Shown here in pieces: positions 44,166-58,330 of a stretch of DNA of 64,000 nt (its first letter is position 1; every line of letters begins with the position of its first letter). A program made the translations under genes and the position numbers. The notes below the pieces were generated by a model, which saw only the letters and a program-made list of their open reading frames with translations, was not told the DNA's origin and ran no database searches. The stretch comes from the human T2T-CHM13v2.0 reference genome, Homo sapiens: NCBI RefSeq assembly GCF_009914755.1, contig NC_060926.1, one strand, 5' to 3'.

Positions 44166-46482
44166 GCTAAGCTCCTCCAGTGTAGAACCTCACTAAGGTC
44201 CACCCTTCCCAGGGATGTTTCCAGTGCATTTCCATGTCAAAATGGACCCATCAGACTCCATTAAGCCCCAATCTTTGCTAACTAGTTGATCAATGACCTG
44301 GTCCAGGTGAGTACCAGGAAATTCACAAGTTATGCTGTCTGACTGGCAGGGTCTTTGACTCTTTTGCAAAGGGCTTACAGACATTATTGTTGGGATTACT
44401 ACTAATTTTTATTTGGGGGTAGAGGGAGTATTTGAAACTCTGGAACCCAACCATGCAGAGAACTTTGCAGACAACTCAAAAACCTATAGTAAAACCAGGT
44501 CAGCTGTCCTCAACACACCTCAACATGCTCTGCCTCCATCCAAGAACTCTGAAAGAGCTTTTGGCTGTTTGCACACCTACATGCATCCAGAGTCTCATGG
44601 TTCTCCCCTACCCCTGCCCCTTCTGTCCCAAGGAAAGAAACAACTGCCTGGGGCTGTAGACTTCTCAGGAAGCTCTAATGAATCACTTCTGCAGTTCTGT
44701 TCATGCCTGCCTGGGGACATAGAGCCCCCTGCCCAGGGAGAACACAGCCCTTCTCTTGGAACCATGTTGTAGCAATGCAGAATCCAGCAGCTGCAGGGTT
44801 GACGTGGCCTTAGTAGCCCCCTACTCACTAACAGAGAATGAACTTAGGGAGTAGACAGGGGGCTTTGTTGCATTAGAACCAAGCAGCCCTCACAATGATG
44901 AGGTTCCATTTATAAATTTGGGACGTAGTAAAGTAGATAGGAAGAGTGAATAGGCTTTGAAGGCAGATAGATGTGGGCCCAGTTGCCAGTTTTTCCTGCC
45001 ACTCTGTGATGTGGGACATATTCCTTGACCTTTGGAGCTTTGGCCTTCCTGTGTTAAATGGGAGCAATAGGATGATGAATATGCTCTGGCTGGAGGAGCA
45101 AACTCTCCTGAGGATTAGCTCTCCCCCTTCTCAGCTGAATCTTGAGGGCAGCATGACCTCGGGGAGTGTCAGAGTTATGTTCTTCCTGGAGATGTAAATC
45201 CTTTAAAAGCACAAAGGAAGAGTCTGCACTGGAAAGCAAAGCAAAATAGATTGGAAATGTTCAGTGGAATTTAAGCAAAGAATGCAGAGCTGCTCTCCTC
45301 TTCTGCTGTCTGCTGGGAACTCACTGGGGAGTCCCTCAGTGTCCACCCATTAAAGAGGCTGCTGAGCTTGTCTGTGGGCTCCACATAGCCATACGTAGAT
45401 GACCCCATCTGCAAAATGGCTTGTCCTCTGTGAACAAGAGTCACCTCCTAGACAAAAACAGACTTCTGGATGGGGTGAGCAATCTCTCCCTTTGGGTTCC
45501 AGTAACGAGTCCAGAAGTTTAGAAGGACTCCAAGCCGGAGGCAAGGAGAATACAACGTATATTTGGTATCTAATTTAGATGGTTTATTTAAAAATCAGAA
45601 AGCATTCACCTCTATTCAAAAATGGCCCATTCTAGGTTAAATTCTTAATTATTCTGGAAAATGCAAATGAGAAACTATAAATATAGAGTAGGGGAATAAT
45701 CGCAATCTGCACAATGTAAATTCAAGTCAATCGGTAAAGGGGGAAAGAAAATCATTTGCCTTTGACATTAAATCCAGCTGTTCTTTAAAGTTGGTTTTCC
45801 CTAGCCAAGGATTTTTATTCTCTATGACCAAACAATGTCCAAATCCCTCTGAGTTTAGACAATACTTAATCTGAACATCTAATAGTTCATTCTTCTCTAA
45901 CACCACTGAACACTTCCATTAAACCAAAGTTATTATTATCAACATTATGAAGCCTGTCAGAAGCAGGCCCATTGTTCAAACGAATTGACCTCCACTACAA
46001 TTGACCTTAACATTGTTCAACTGTTTGACAGTCAATTATCTCATGATCTCCCTTCAAATGGGTCTCGTTGCTGAAATAACTAATCCATTACAGAGGGGAG
46101 GTTATTTTAATAGCTGCGCAGAGGGTTGCGTTTTGCAGTCTCCCCGTGAGTATATATTGTGGAACAACTTGTAGCCCTTGGTCCATCTGACAAGAGGAAA
46201 TCATTATACCAGATCCATGTCTCAGCAGAGGAAAAATATGATAATAAGGGGTTGGTAGGACTCAGTTATGGCTGAAGTGAAGTTAGCTCTTAAAATGTAG
46301 CAGCTCTTAGAGACATAGACATATGTGGCTCTGAACTACAGAACAGAAGAGGAAATGAGGATAAGGGAAGCTTAAGCAACCAGCTAAGATGTTGCAGCCA
46401 TGCAAGGAGGTTAGAGGAGAGACTTTAAGTCCCTTTCTAGTTCCAAGCATCTATGGCAGGGCCTCTTTAAAAGAAAGGGATT

Positions 46483-47012
<530 letters not shown>

Positions 47013-47990
47013 ATAAACGCCAACATTCTCCTTCTAGTCACTTTGAGAGCTAGCTTTTTACCAGATATGTGACCTCTAAGGATCTTTCTGCCTGGATGGA
47101 GAACTTGGCATTTAGAACTGTAAGAATAAGGATTTTCTCAGTCCATGAATGAGGCCTAATAAAATAGGACAGTTAATAAAAATAACGAGTGCCTCATAAA
47201 TCAGGAAATTAAGTGCTTCCCCATTAAACCAGGCTCAGCCCCCACATTTATGGGCCACTGGAGACCCAGCTGCCTCTTGAGGAGCTCATGCACCTCTGCT
47301 GAAGGGAAACTAGAGTGCCTGCCTGGCAGGTCACAGGCTATAGTGAGGATTGAGGGTGCTGTCCTGCTGCCCCTTTCCTATCAACTTTGAGGGTAGTGCT
47401 CCACACTTAGATATGATTTGTCTGAGGCCCCTGAGATTCCTGAAACCTTAACTCATGTCCCCTAACCCTAGGGCACTGAAAGGTGACTTGGCTCCTGTTC
47501 ACACACAATAGAGCCCAGGCCAATAGAGGGAAATGCAGAGGGGAGGAGAAAGAAAGGGGTAGAGAAAGAAACAGCCTTCTTCAGGGCCCCACACCAACTT
47601 TCAGGGATCTTTGAAACTCCCTCTCGTAACACCCTGTTTATTCTGCTCTCACAGCCACCTGGGGAGGTGGAGATCACTATCTCCAAGACACAGGCAAGAG
47701 GACAAACCCTCAGAGACATCCTGTGACCTCCTGTGGTCACCCAGAACCAGAATCCAGATTTCCTTCAACCCTAACCCATTGTTACCAGTGCAGTCCCTAT
47801 TTGGGGTCAATCCCCTCATGTTACCAGGATGCAATTCAAGGACCATGGCATTCATTACATGTGTCCAAGGGTCAGGCTGAGGCCCTGGGTTGACTGCAGG
47901 GCTGTCTGAGTAGAGCTCTCCAAGTGATTGTGGGGAGGGTGGGTCCAGCCAGAGAGGTGCCTGGGGGTGGTCCCTGAGTACCAAGTGGTC

Positions 47991-48171
47991 TAGTTGTATG
48001 CTGGATCCTCTCCTAGAGGCTCCCAAGACCCCATTGTCCTCACCTCATCCCAAGTTTGGTGACCACACTTACAGCTTAAAATTGGCCATGGTAGGAGTAT
48101 TTACACCACAAATATCAGTGAACGTCCCAAATCAGGAAAATAGTTCTTCAACATTTACCGGCACACCACTG
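47991..48171 (-). mobile_element. MER63-like (hAT-Blackjack) MITE
   Basis: aattggccatggtaggagtatttacacca...aacatttaccggcacaccactg. Confidence 0.72.
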
Positions 48172-48498
48172 AGGAAGCCTCACCTTTTATTTCTTCATTC
48201 ATCAAACATTCTTAGAGCACACACTTGGGGCCAGGCACTGTGAGAGTCACTACATATATGAAAATAATGGATCTTGCCTGCTTATGTTGTTCTGTCACTG
48301 GCTTAATATATCCCATTAGGGTGGGCAGGGACTCCCAAAAGCAAAGACATTCAAGTCCAGTCATTTTGGTTTATGTCATCAGCTTCAATAATAATAAGGT
48401 TGCAAGAGGATTTAAATTTAAGGTTGCTATATCATGTTAAAATCCTTGGATGCCCCATTTTCATGAAATCTGTTTCTGGTTGTCCTTCTGTTGGTTAT

Positions 48499-48899
48499 TG
48501 ATATGATTTGGATTTGTGTCCCCACCCAAATCTCATGTCAAACTCTAATTCCAAATGTTGGAGGTGGGACCTAGTTGGAGGTGATTGGATCAAGGGGGCA
48601 GATCTCCCGATGGTGCTGTTCTCATGCTAGTGAGTGAGTTCTCGTGAGATCTGGTGGTTTAGAAAGGTGGGTGGCACCTCCTTCTCTCTCTCTCTTGCTT
48701 CTGCTCTGGCCACATATGACGTGCCTGCTTCCCCTTTGCTTTCTGCTATGATTATAAGTTTCCTGAGGCCTCCCCAGAAGCAGAAGCCAATATGCTTCTT
48801 GTATATCCTGTAGAACTATGAGCCAATTAAACCTATTTTATTTATAAATTACCCACCCTCAGGTCTTTCTTCAAAGCAATGTGAGAATGGACTAATACA
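48499..48899 (+). mobile_element. MSTA-like MaLR solo LTR
   Basis: tgatatgatttggatttgtgtccccacccaaatctcatg ... ggactaataca; 5-bp TSD gttat/gttct. Confidence 0.9.
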
Positions 48900-49136
48900 G
48901 TTCTGTGAAAGCATTGCCCAAGTATTCATTCTCCATGACTTTCTCACCTGAAAATGATCGAAAGTTTTGAAGTATATAGAGTGGCCTCTTATGGTAATTC
49001 TCCCCTTCCTTCATTTTCTCACTGCCCTATCCCAGCTTCTCATGAGCTCTCTCCAGGATTGTTGGATTAAGTGATCTCCTAATTGATACCTCTGCTCCCA
49101 TCCCTCATCATGATGCTGCTATCAGAGTGAGCTTGC

Positions 49137-49286
49137 TTTTATTTTTCTTTTTATTTATTTTTTATTTTGCAGAAACAGGGTCCCACTACGTTGCCCAGGC
49201 TGGTCTCAAACTCGTGGGCTCAAGTGATCCTTTGGTCTCGTCCTCCCAAAATGCTGGGATTACAGGCATAAGCCACCATGCCTGGC
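49137..49286 (-). mobile_element. FLAM_C-like Alu left monomer
   Basis: Single ~120-nt arm with a T-rich tail. Confidence 0.8.
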
Positions 49287-49443
49287 GCTTTTAGAATAAA
49301 AAAAGAGTACCTTTTTTTTTAAATTTAAATTTAAAAATGCATGTCAATTTTAAAAACTTGGAAAATACAAATGAGCAAAGAAATAACCTCTAATCTCATC
49401 AACAAGTAGTGCTCAGGTTTTTCTCTTAATATTTATATATACA

Positions 49444-49643
49444 CAGTGGTGGGCTGGGAGATGTTTAACAAGCTCTCTGTTTTTTTAAGCCCTTATTTGT
49501 AGTATTTGGCAATTTCCATAATAAATACTTCCACTTGGCTTATTTCATGCTACCAACATGATGTCACTGAACATGGACTTGGAAAGAGATGCTAGCAAAT
49601 CAGATCTTGCGAGCTTATGTGAGCTGGCTGCAGTGCACCACTG
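49444..49643 (+). mobile_element. MER63A-like MITE inside an old L1M fragment
   Basis: TIRs cagtggtgggctg ... cagtgcaccactg; gctaccaacatgatgtcactgaac. Confidence 0.78.
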
Positions 49644-49899
49644 TAAAACTCATATATAATTTGAAGTGAAATGTGGAAATGCTTTGTCTTGCTTTGTAAC
49701 ACACTCTTTAAAGTCTTTTCATGCCAATGAATATATATCACTAATATAATTTTAATTGGCTGTACAGTATTTTGTTGTATCAATGCATAATTAACTCAAC
49801 AGAATCCACATAAACATTATGATTTTTGCTGGTATAAACAATGCTATTATGAACATAATTACAAACAGATCTGTGTGGACACAGCAATAGTTCCAATTC

Positions 49900-50420
49900 A
49901 GAAATCTGGTTCTTGCCTCCTTCTTAAACATCTGGTATGGATCCTTTTGCACCACCACAAATCCCAACTCCTTCACGGGGTTGTTCAGAACCCTTCAGGC
50001 TGCTTAGGATCTTCCAGTCCTACAAGCCTGGCATTTATTCTTACACAGCATAGCTCCTTTCTCTCCCCCAGCCACCATGAATCACCCCATGTTCTCAATA
50101 CAAACATATTTGCCTCACATATTTGAGTATTGACTCCCCAGTCTCTGAAACCTCCTTCTCTTCCCCACCACCTCCTGTTCATTCATCAAGACATACCCTA
50201 GGCAGTGAATATTTCCCCTGGGTCTCCCAGCATTGCACAGACACCTCTGTTATGGCATCTAAACAAATATCTGTGATCTAAATCTATGTTGATCTGTCTA
50301 CTCAGCAGGACCATAACCCTTTGAGGATATGGTAAGAATGAGTCTTCCTCATCTTCATATGCATAGTAACTAGTATCAGGCCTGGAGCAAAGCTGAAGCT
50401 TAATAAATGATTGTTGAATA
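49900..50420 (+). mobile_element. L2 3' region
   Basis: Ends gtatcaggcctggagc...taataaatgattgttgaat. Confidence 0.6.
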
Positions 50421-51052
50421 TAATCCTTTATGTACTTTTCCACCTGCCATCCTCTGCATGATTTACTTTCTGACAGAAAGCATGAAAGTGTCCCTGACAG
50501 ACCTGAAACCCATGTCCAGGAGAAAAGGAGACCAGTGCTGACAGCTTCTGAGTGTATCTCCTCACTTTCCCAGAGCCTGACCTCCAAAAGGCTCTTCTAG
50601 AAGCTGTGGAACACCCCAGCCTTCTGAGGCTCCACCTGGCCCCTCTCTGGAAAAACAGCAATCCAACCCAAAGAGGGCAGAGTTGACTTTCTTAACTCCA
50701 AAATCTCTTACAGTGACAATGACATCTAGTTTTGGCAATGTACTACAAAATAGGAACCACAGCTATTTATAACTTTTAATAGGACCTACTATGCACCAGG
50801 CACTGTGATCAGGAGTTTACATATAATTTTTACTTTTCATTTGATTCTCACAACAATCTGATGAAGTGTTCATTAGTAAGAAGATCAAGCTTAAACAGGC
50901 CAAGTTACTTGATCAAGGTCACACAACTTTTAACTCTGTCTCCCAATACCTTCCTAATGTTTACTGCAACTTTTTAAAGGCAGAGCAGGGATAAATGTCA
51001 AGAGATGGGGGCTCAGCAGGATAAATGACACAGTCAAGGTCAAATACCTAGA

Positions 51053-51162
51053 AAAGGAGATCATCCCAGTTTTCCCAGGACCGTTGTGATTTTAAAAATG
51101 AAAAATCTCATGTCCCAGGAAACCCATCAGTCCCTGGAAAACCAGGATGGCTGGTCATCCTA
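51053..51162. mobile_element. MER81-like hAT-Blackjack MITE
   Basis: tcccagttttcccaggac...cagtccctggaaaaccaggatggctggtcatccta. Confidence 0.7.
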
Positions 51163-52387
51163 TGAAGGCATAGAACTCAGGGCCTCTGGCTCCTGGCATA
51201 GTGCTCTTTCCATCACAAACATATGTCCTACTTTCTCACTTCATGGAGGGCCTAATGGAAGATACAGTCATTAGGATGCGTGTATTCATTTTCCCGGGCC
51301 CTTAGTGAAATAGGCATTTTGGAATCTGTTTGGGACATCAGTCACTCAGGCTCTCAAGAAGAGACAGACCCCAGCTGGACATGTTCTTTATAGTACACTC
51401 CAGTGATGAAATGCCCAGTTTCTCCCCTGCCTCCTCCCCCTGCCTGGCACACCTGGACTGCTGCCACTCATCTGTATAATGTGCCTGGCGCCATCTGGCC
51501 TGGCATCTTGTGTCCTGTCAACAGGGATGTCAAACAGGCAAGATGAAAGGACATAACTCCAAGGAACATTGTTTGTCTTCTAGCCCCAGTCTGGGGAAGT
51601 CGTGATGATTACTCATTAGGTAGCTACAAGGGAAGAAAAATGACTTGTTACTGTCCGGGTGACAGTTGGTGCCTAGAACAGTCTTTGCTATTTCTTGTCT
51701 TAGTGAGTCTTCTGGGGAGCATCCTAGGAGTTTCAAATGAAGGTGGATATCGGCTGGAGTATCCCAAGAGGCTCCCAGGGAATTTTCATGGCTTAGAGAT
51801 CTGATGACAGCTGTGGCCACGTCGCTGGCTCTGCTTGCAGTGAGCATGCCCATCCTCTTTGTGAAAGTGGCAAACGGGACAATAAACAGATTTAGCAGAG
51901 CTGGAGCTCTAAAAAGCCCAATCCACATCTTCTATCTGAGCCAGCCTTAGAATTCTGGGTAAACGGGGGCCCAGTAAATGGTAATTAAACAACTTCAGGG
52001 AGAGCTGATGGCTTTTTGAGAAATAAACCTCCCCAGGGAATCCACCTCAGGAAATCTACTCAGTATACTTTCTTGGTATAAAGCAAGAAAACATTGCAAA
52101 GAAAGACAGATAGCCTTGATTGCATAAAAATCTAATACTAATTTCCATATGTCAGAAGATGTCAAAATACAAGTAAAAAAGGAAAATAATACACTGATGG
52201 AAAAGATACAACAAAGTTCCATTATATTGGTATATAAAGTTCTTAATTAAAAATGATAAATCTCAAAATATTAAAATGGACAAAATTTGACCAGGTAATT
52301 AAAATCAATAAAAAATAATTACTTGATATCTAAACTATAAGAGGAGGTATAGTTTAACAAAATTATAATTTTATTAAATTATATATG

Positions 52388-52391
<4 letters not shown>

Positions 52392-52427
<36 letters not shown>
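52392..52427 (+). repeat. (TG)18 microsatellite within an old L1M 3' fragment (about 52030-52890)
   Basis: Direct count. Confidence 0.92.
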
Positions 52428-52437
<10 letters not shown>

Positions 52438-52467
52438 TATGTGCCTATAAGCAAATATTTATAATAA

Positions 52468-52816
<349 letters not shown>

Positions 52817-54517
52817 TAAATTTTTTCTTCATAGTTCTCTTTATCTCTCAAATTTCCCACATTGAGCTGGTATTACTTTTGAAATTATGAAACAGTATTT
52901 CCTATTAAAGAAGGCAAAGAAGTATATGGAAAGGGGTTGGAGTCTCTTGACTTCCATCTTTCCCCAGCCCTATTTTTCCCATCAGTCTGTAGAATGACGT
53001 GTCTCTTCATTTCTAGGCTGACTTTCACTTTTTTCTGTGTCTTTTTTCATGACAAATAGAGAGTAAGGAAAGCTCACGATTACAGCCATCACTTCTTTCT
53101 TTAGCCACCAAGATGTCAACAGGCAGAAGTTGGCTCCCTGTGGTTGGACAGGAGAAAACAGCACCCACCTATAAGCTCCTTGAGGGCACAGACGAGTGCA
53201 CCAGTATCTGAGCCTCAGCACCTAGCCCCAGGCCTGGCTCGGCTACTGAACAGACCTCAGGGTAGTCACACTTCAGCACATAGTGATCTTCCCCTGCTGA
53301 GTACTGAGAACTATTAAGCATGTGGATGCATCGCTTCCTTCAGAGGTGTTCCCTCTTTAGAGGAGTGATCAGACAGATTTACAATGAACGATAACACAAA
53401 AACGTGACATGAAATAAATGTGCATCGAGATGCTACAGGAGGAAAGGGGGCATTAATGTGCAAGGGTAAAGAAAATAAGCAAGCAAACAACAGCAACAGC
53501 GGTTTAGATACTGGGCAGCAAATGGATGACTAGACTGATAGCCAATTGATTGAACAGTGATCAGAAAGCTGCATCCGCAACTGATAGTGTGGAGGCCTAG
53601 CAGCAGCCCTATTTTCCCAGAACTCCTAAAAAGGATTAGGCATTGATTGTGCTATCTCTAGGAGTGTTGGTGGGAGGGACGAGAAACTAAGCAAAGAAGC
53701 CTTGATGAAAGTTCATTCAAGAAGCAGCTGGATCCACAAATCCCCTTCCCATATCCAGCAAGAGACCAAAGGCTTCTTTACTATCTGGAATTGGAGAAAT
53801 GGAGACTCCCGGTCCAGGGACACCAGGCACAGTTAGAGGAGGAGGGTAAACTACCAAGTGTAGGAAGGAGTGAGTTTTTGTATCCAAAATGCCGAGATCT
53901 CCAAACTCTTTCCCCATTGGATTGCCAGAATCATGGCCACTAGGCCTATACCTCTAAGCAGGTAACTAGGAGAGCTTTTCCAAGGGGATTTGAAAAGCTC
54001 AAAAGGAAAGACCTAAAGGTACTGACCACAAGATTCTCTAACAAAGTCGTCCAGTCACACCCTACACTGAAGCCTACAGATGACACGTCCCAACAACAAG
54101 CTCAGGGCTTCCAAACAGCATTCTAGTGTCCTACTCTTACTAAGAGCAGAAACTAGTGTTGACAGACATCTGAGGGAAATCTCTGAGTTTAAATATGGCA
54201 ATCAAATCAAGCAAACGGGATAAAAGCAACCAAATAAGAATTATGTAAGAAAAACATTTTATATTCAGAATATATTTAATATGCTGAGAGATTTAAAAGA
54301 AGATAAATTACATTTGTGAAAACCAGAGCTGGATAATATAAAAAAATTATGATAGCAAAACAAGACTGGTGAAATTAAAAAGATTATAGTAGAAATGGGA
54401 AAAGTCAACAGAGGGTTATAAGATAAAGAGATAGAAAATAGGACAGGAAATATAAGAAAAGCAAATCACCAGTCCAGGATGCCCAGCATGTAAATAATGA
54501 GAGTGCCAGAAAGAGAA

Positions 54518-54893
54518 CACGCACAGACACACAGTCACACACACAGTCTCACAGTCACACACATGCACACAGCCACACACACAGTCTCACACACAGTCAC
54601 ACACACGCAGTCACACACACATAGACACACAGAAACACACACATACACAAATACACAGACATACACAGAAACACAGACACACACATGCACACATACACAA
54701 ATACACACAAACACAAACACATACATGCACACATACACAGACAAGCATTAACACAGACATGCACACATACACAGAAAAATACACACGTACACATACATGC
54801 ACACATACATAGGCAAATACACACACAGACATAGATGCATACATACACAAATACACACATATATGCACACGTACACAAATACACACACACACA
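54518..54893 (+). repeat. ~375-bp degenerate (CA)n tract
   Basis: Seen directly; it is the source of the H/T-rich and C/V-rich junk ORFs. Confidence 0.92.
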
Positions 54894-55186
54894 AAGGAGG
54901 AAAGAAAATTAACCACAAAACAATTCAAAAAAATGTCCCTAAACCAAAAGACTTGAATTTCTAGATTAAAGGAGTTCATACTGCAAGACAAATGAAATAA
55001 ACTCAAACCATAACACAGTGTCATGAAATTTTAGAGTACATAGGACAAGTTCTAATCAAACAAGCTTCTAGACAGAGAAAGATAAAACATACCCCTTCCA
55101 AAGATGATGAGTCTGAATGGCTTTGAACTTCTCAATAGTAATACCAGAGACCAGAAAACAATGGAGTGATGTCTTCCAAAATCTGA

Positions 55187-55517
<331 letters not shown>

Positions 55518-56719
55518 TGCACCCTGGAATTCTATACCCAGAGAAACTACCAAATATGAAGGTAAAATAATGGATTTGTCAGATAAGCAGGGCCTCAAAT
55601 GTCTTATCTCCTCTGCACTCTTTCTCAGGAAGCTGACTGAGGAGGGGCTCCTTCAGTACCAGCCAGTACCATTTGGACACTAAAAGACAGAGGTCTAACC
55701 CACAGGGCAGCCAGATAAAGAGAATTCCCGAGATGAGGCAGATGGCAGGGCCCAGGATGCCAGAGGACAACCCACCCAGATGGGAGCAGGGAAGAGGGCT
55801 CCAGGAGAGATTTCTTGAAGATGAGATTGGTGGGATGGCAGAGGCTTCTGATACTTGGATTAGAAATACAGACAACTGGCAGAGTCTGAGGTTGACACAG
55901 TGATACAATCAGAGGAAACTAAGCTAATATAAAAGGACATAATATAATCTAAATGTAAATATCAAACAAAGCAAAACAAAAACAAAGCAAAACCTCTAGG
56001 GAAAATAAAAGATGGTTCATGAAAGGAAAAATAAAGGCTTAGTCATGAATATCATTTGCATTGCTATATAATATAAACACTGAATATTGATTTGAATGAA
56101 ATTAAAATTTAGCTCTATTGGAAGAGTGAAGAGAAATTAAAGGCATGTCTTGGCACATATGCAGATGCAGGGGTGGGGTGGAGAATGCGAGTGGAGTGAA
56201 CCAATTCCTCGCCTCCCACACTTCCTCACCATAGTGGGAATTCCATGGAAAGGGTTTAAAATGGCAAATCAAGAAACAGCAACACAAGTGTATTATTTAC
56301 AGAAGTCTAGCTGTATGCCCCCCTAAAACAGCTGAAAGAGTTAAAGGGCGTCTCGCTGCTGAGAGGAGATGGAGGGTAAGGGGTAGAGGACTACTGTTTT
56401 TCACGACAAGCCTTATACACTATTTGCTTTTTTAAACAATGGGCATGTATAAAATTTGATAACATGTTAGAACTTAAAGAAAGAATGAATCTCAGTTCTT
56501 CAAGTGCCCCAGCCTCTTACAGGTCTTGATAATATTTTCCTACCTGGTCTCATGATCAAAGCAGAGGACTGGCTTACCATGCAACACAAGGACTTCTGTG
56601 TAGGGGGAATGACTTCTTCCTCCTCAGAACTCTAGGAAAATGGGATTTGTGGAACGACGTGCTGGAGTTCCCACATTTATCTTTGTTGTTTCACTGTTGT
56701 CTTGCTTGTCAATGTAAAC

Positions 56720-56990
56720 AAAAACACCAACCAACATTGATGTTGGAACTATACTCATTTGTTAATTACAACCATATGTTGACTATTAATACAAATTTTG
56801 GTAAAATCAACAAAAGCATTCTGTGAGAATCCATTGGAATTTTCAAAAAAGAATATTTTATTATTTGTAAATTGTACACTACACATCTTTTCTATCAGTA
56901 AAATACACAGTAAATGTACACACACACACACACACACATTTTTTTCTTTTTAGAGAACTAGTTGTTCAACACTTACCAGCACACCAGTGT
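56720..56990 (-). mobile_element. MER63-family fragment with (CA)n at 56918-56938
   Basis: Ends gttgttcaacacttaccagcacaccagtg, the same TIR type as 48171 and 49444. Confidence 0.6.
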
Positions 56991-58109
56991 ACCTATAAGC
57001 AATTGCTCAGGAATGAGGAATGAGAAATCCTATGTAGAAACAGAGAATTGGCCAAAACAATCTTTCAGGGGCCCTCTGTTCTAGGAAGTGACCTCTCTCT
57101 TCCCCTCTTTACTTGTTGCTACCAGGATAGAGGAAGTCTCTGCTTTTAGGTCTTTAAGTCTCAGGTCTGACTCGACTGACTTCAGTTTTGGTGAGTTTCC
57201 TCCAAGGACACTGGCACTGATGACCGCAAAGGGCAAAACTCATTAGATAATGATGAGTTTCTTTAGCATAAAGTTAAAGATTATTGATAACTGACAGAAT
57301 CATTATTTTTCAGACAAATATAAGTAAAACATCCATCCATTGAGATGGATGATGGGAAAGACAACTGAAATATTTATGGCATTAAGTGCTAAATGCATTT
57401 TTGGCTGAATTTTGTTTCATCAACTTCCCTATGAAATTCTATTCTTTTTAAAACGCATCATAAAAAATAAGACTTCAAAGAGGAAGAGATTAATTTAGAA
57501 TCGTGAAGGGAACAAGGAGAAGGAAGAGGATCTCTGAAGACGTCTTTAATGTGAAGGCTTCTTTCAAGAGAAGGTCTTAGAACTGGGATGGTGCCAGATT
57601 TATCAAAATCTTGAGAAAAACATAATTTGATAAGATAATATTCAATGGAGAGCTAGTCTGTTGTGGAAAAGTTCTAAAAGATATAAATAAGACCCTTGCC
57701 CATCGATGCTCAGAGCTGTTGCAGGCAAGGCACAGTGCTAACCAGAGCAGCTCACCTGTGCCTAATGCCACTTCCCAAAAACGGTCCAGGTTGGCATTTA
57801 TATAATGCTATCTTTGGTGCTATTTACAAACAGGATGCTTAATTAGTGCTCATTAAATTTTTACAAATGACTGTCAGCTCATTCTCTCCCCCCTGTTGCT
57901 TTGAAACTCCCTGACTGACACATTTCTGACTGACAGGAACGTTAATCTCTGAGGCAACTTAATTCCAACCACCCTCCCCTGCCAAGACATCTGCAGACAC
58001 TCACTCTAGAAGGACAAGAATCCACTGTGGGGTTGAAGCTGTGGGGCTTTCTTGTTCTCTGGTTCCCACATACCCACATCGTAATCATTCTGGGAACCCA
58101 GTGCTTTGA

Positions 58110-58330
58110 CCTCCTATTGCCATACCATGTTACAGTTTACTAAGTGCTCTGACATACATCTCTGTTTTGAGCCTCTCAACAACCTTATGACAAGGGCAGA
58201 GCTGGCAGAGTGGCTATTTTCTCAAGAAGAAACCAGGATTCCCAAAGGTTAATGCCTTGACCAAGGTCCTAGGGCAGAATCCAACCTGGGACTCACTCAG
58301 TTGTTTTGGCTTTGAGCCCAGTTCTCTTTC
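58110..58330 (-). mobile_element. MIR, degraded
   Basis: cctctcaacaaccttatga...aaaggttaatgccttgaccaaggtc. Confidence 0.6.

Noticed and set aside
51486-51504. CTCF-like motif (minus strand GCCAGATGGCGCCA)
   Set aside because: The 3' half matches but the conserved 5' CC positions do not; it cannot be called without ChIP data.
54497-55024. His/Thr-rich and Cys/Val-rich ORFs
   Set aside because: Translations of the degenerate CA tract.
57247-57306. C/D-box snoRNA-like pattern (ATGATGA...CTGA with an ataatgat/atcattat stem)
   Set aside because: Boxes are only ~35 nt apart, the pattern is antisense to the host transcript, and I see no guide sequence.
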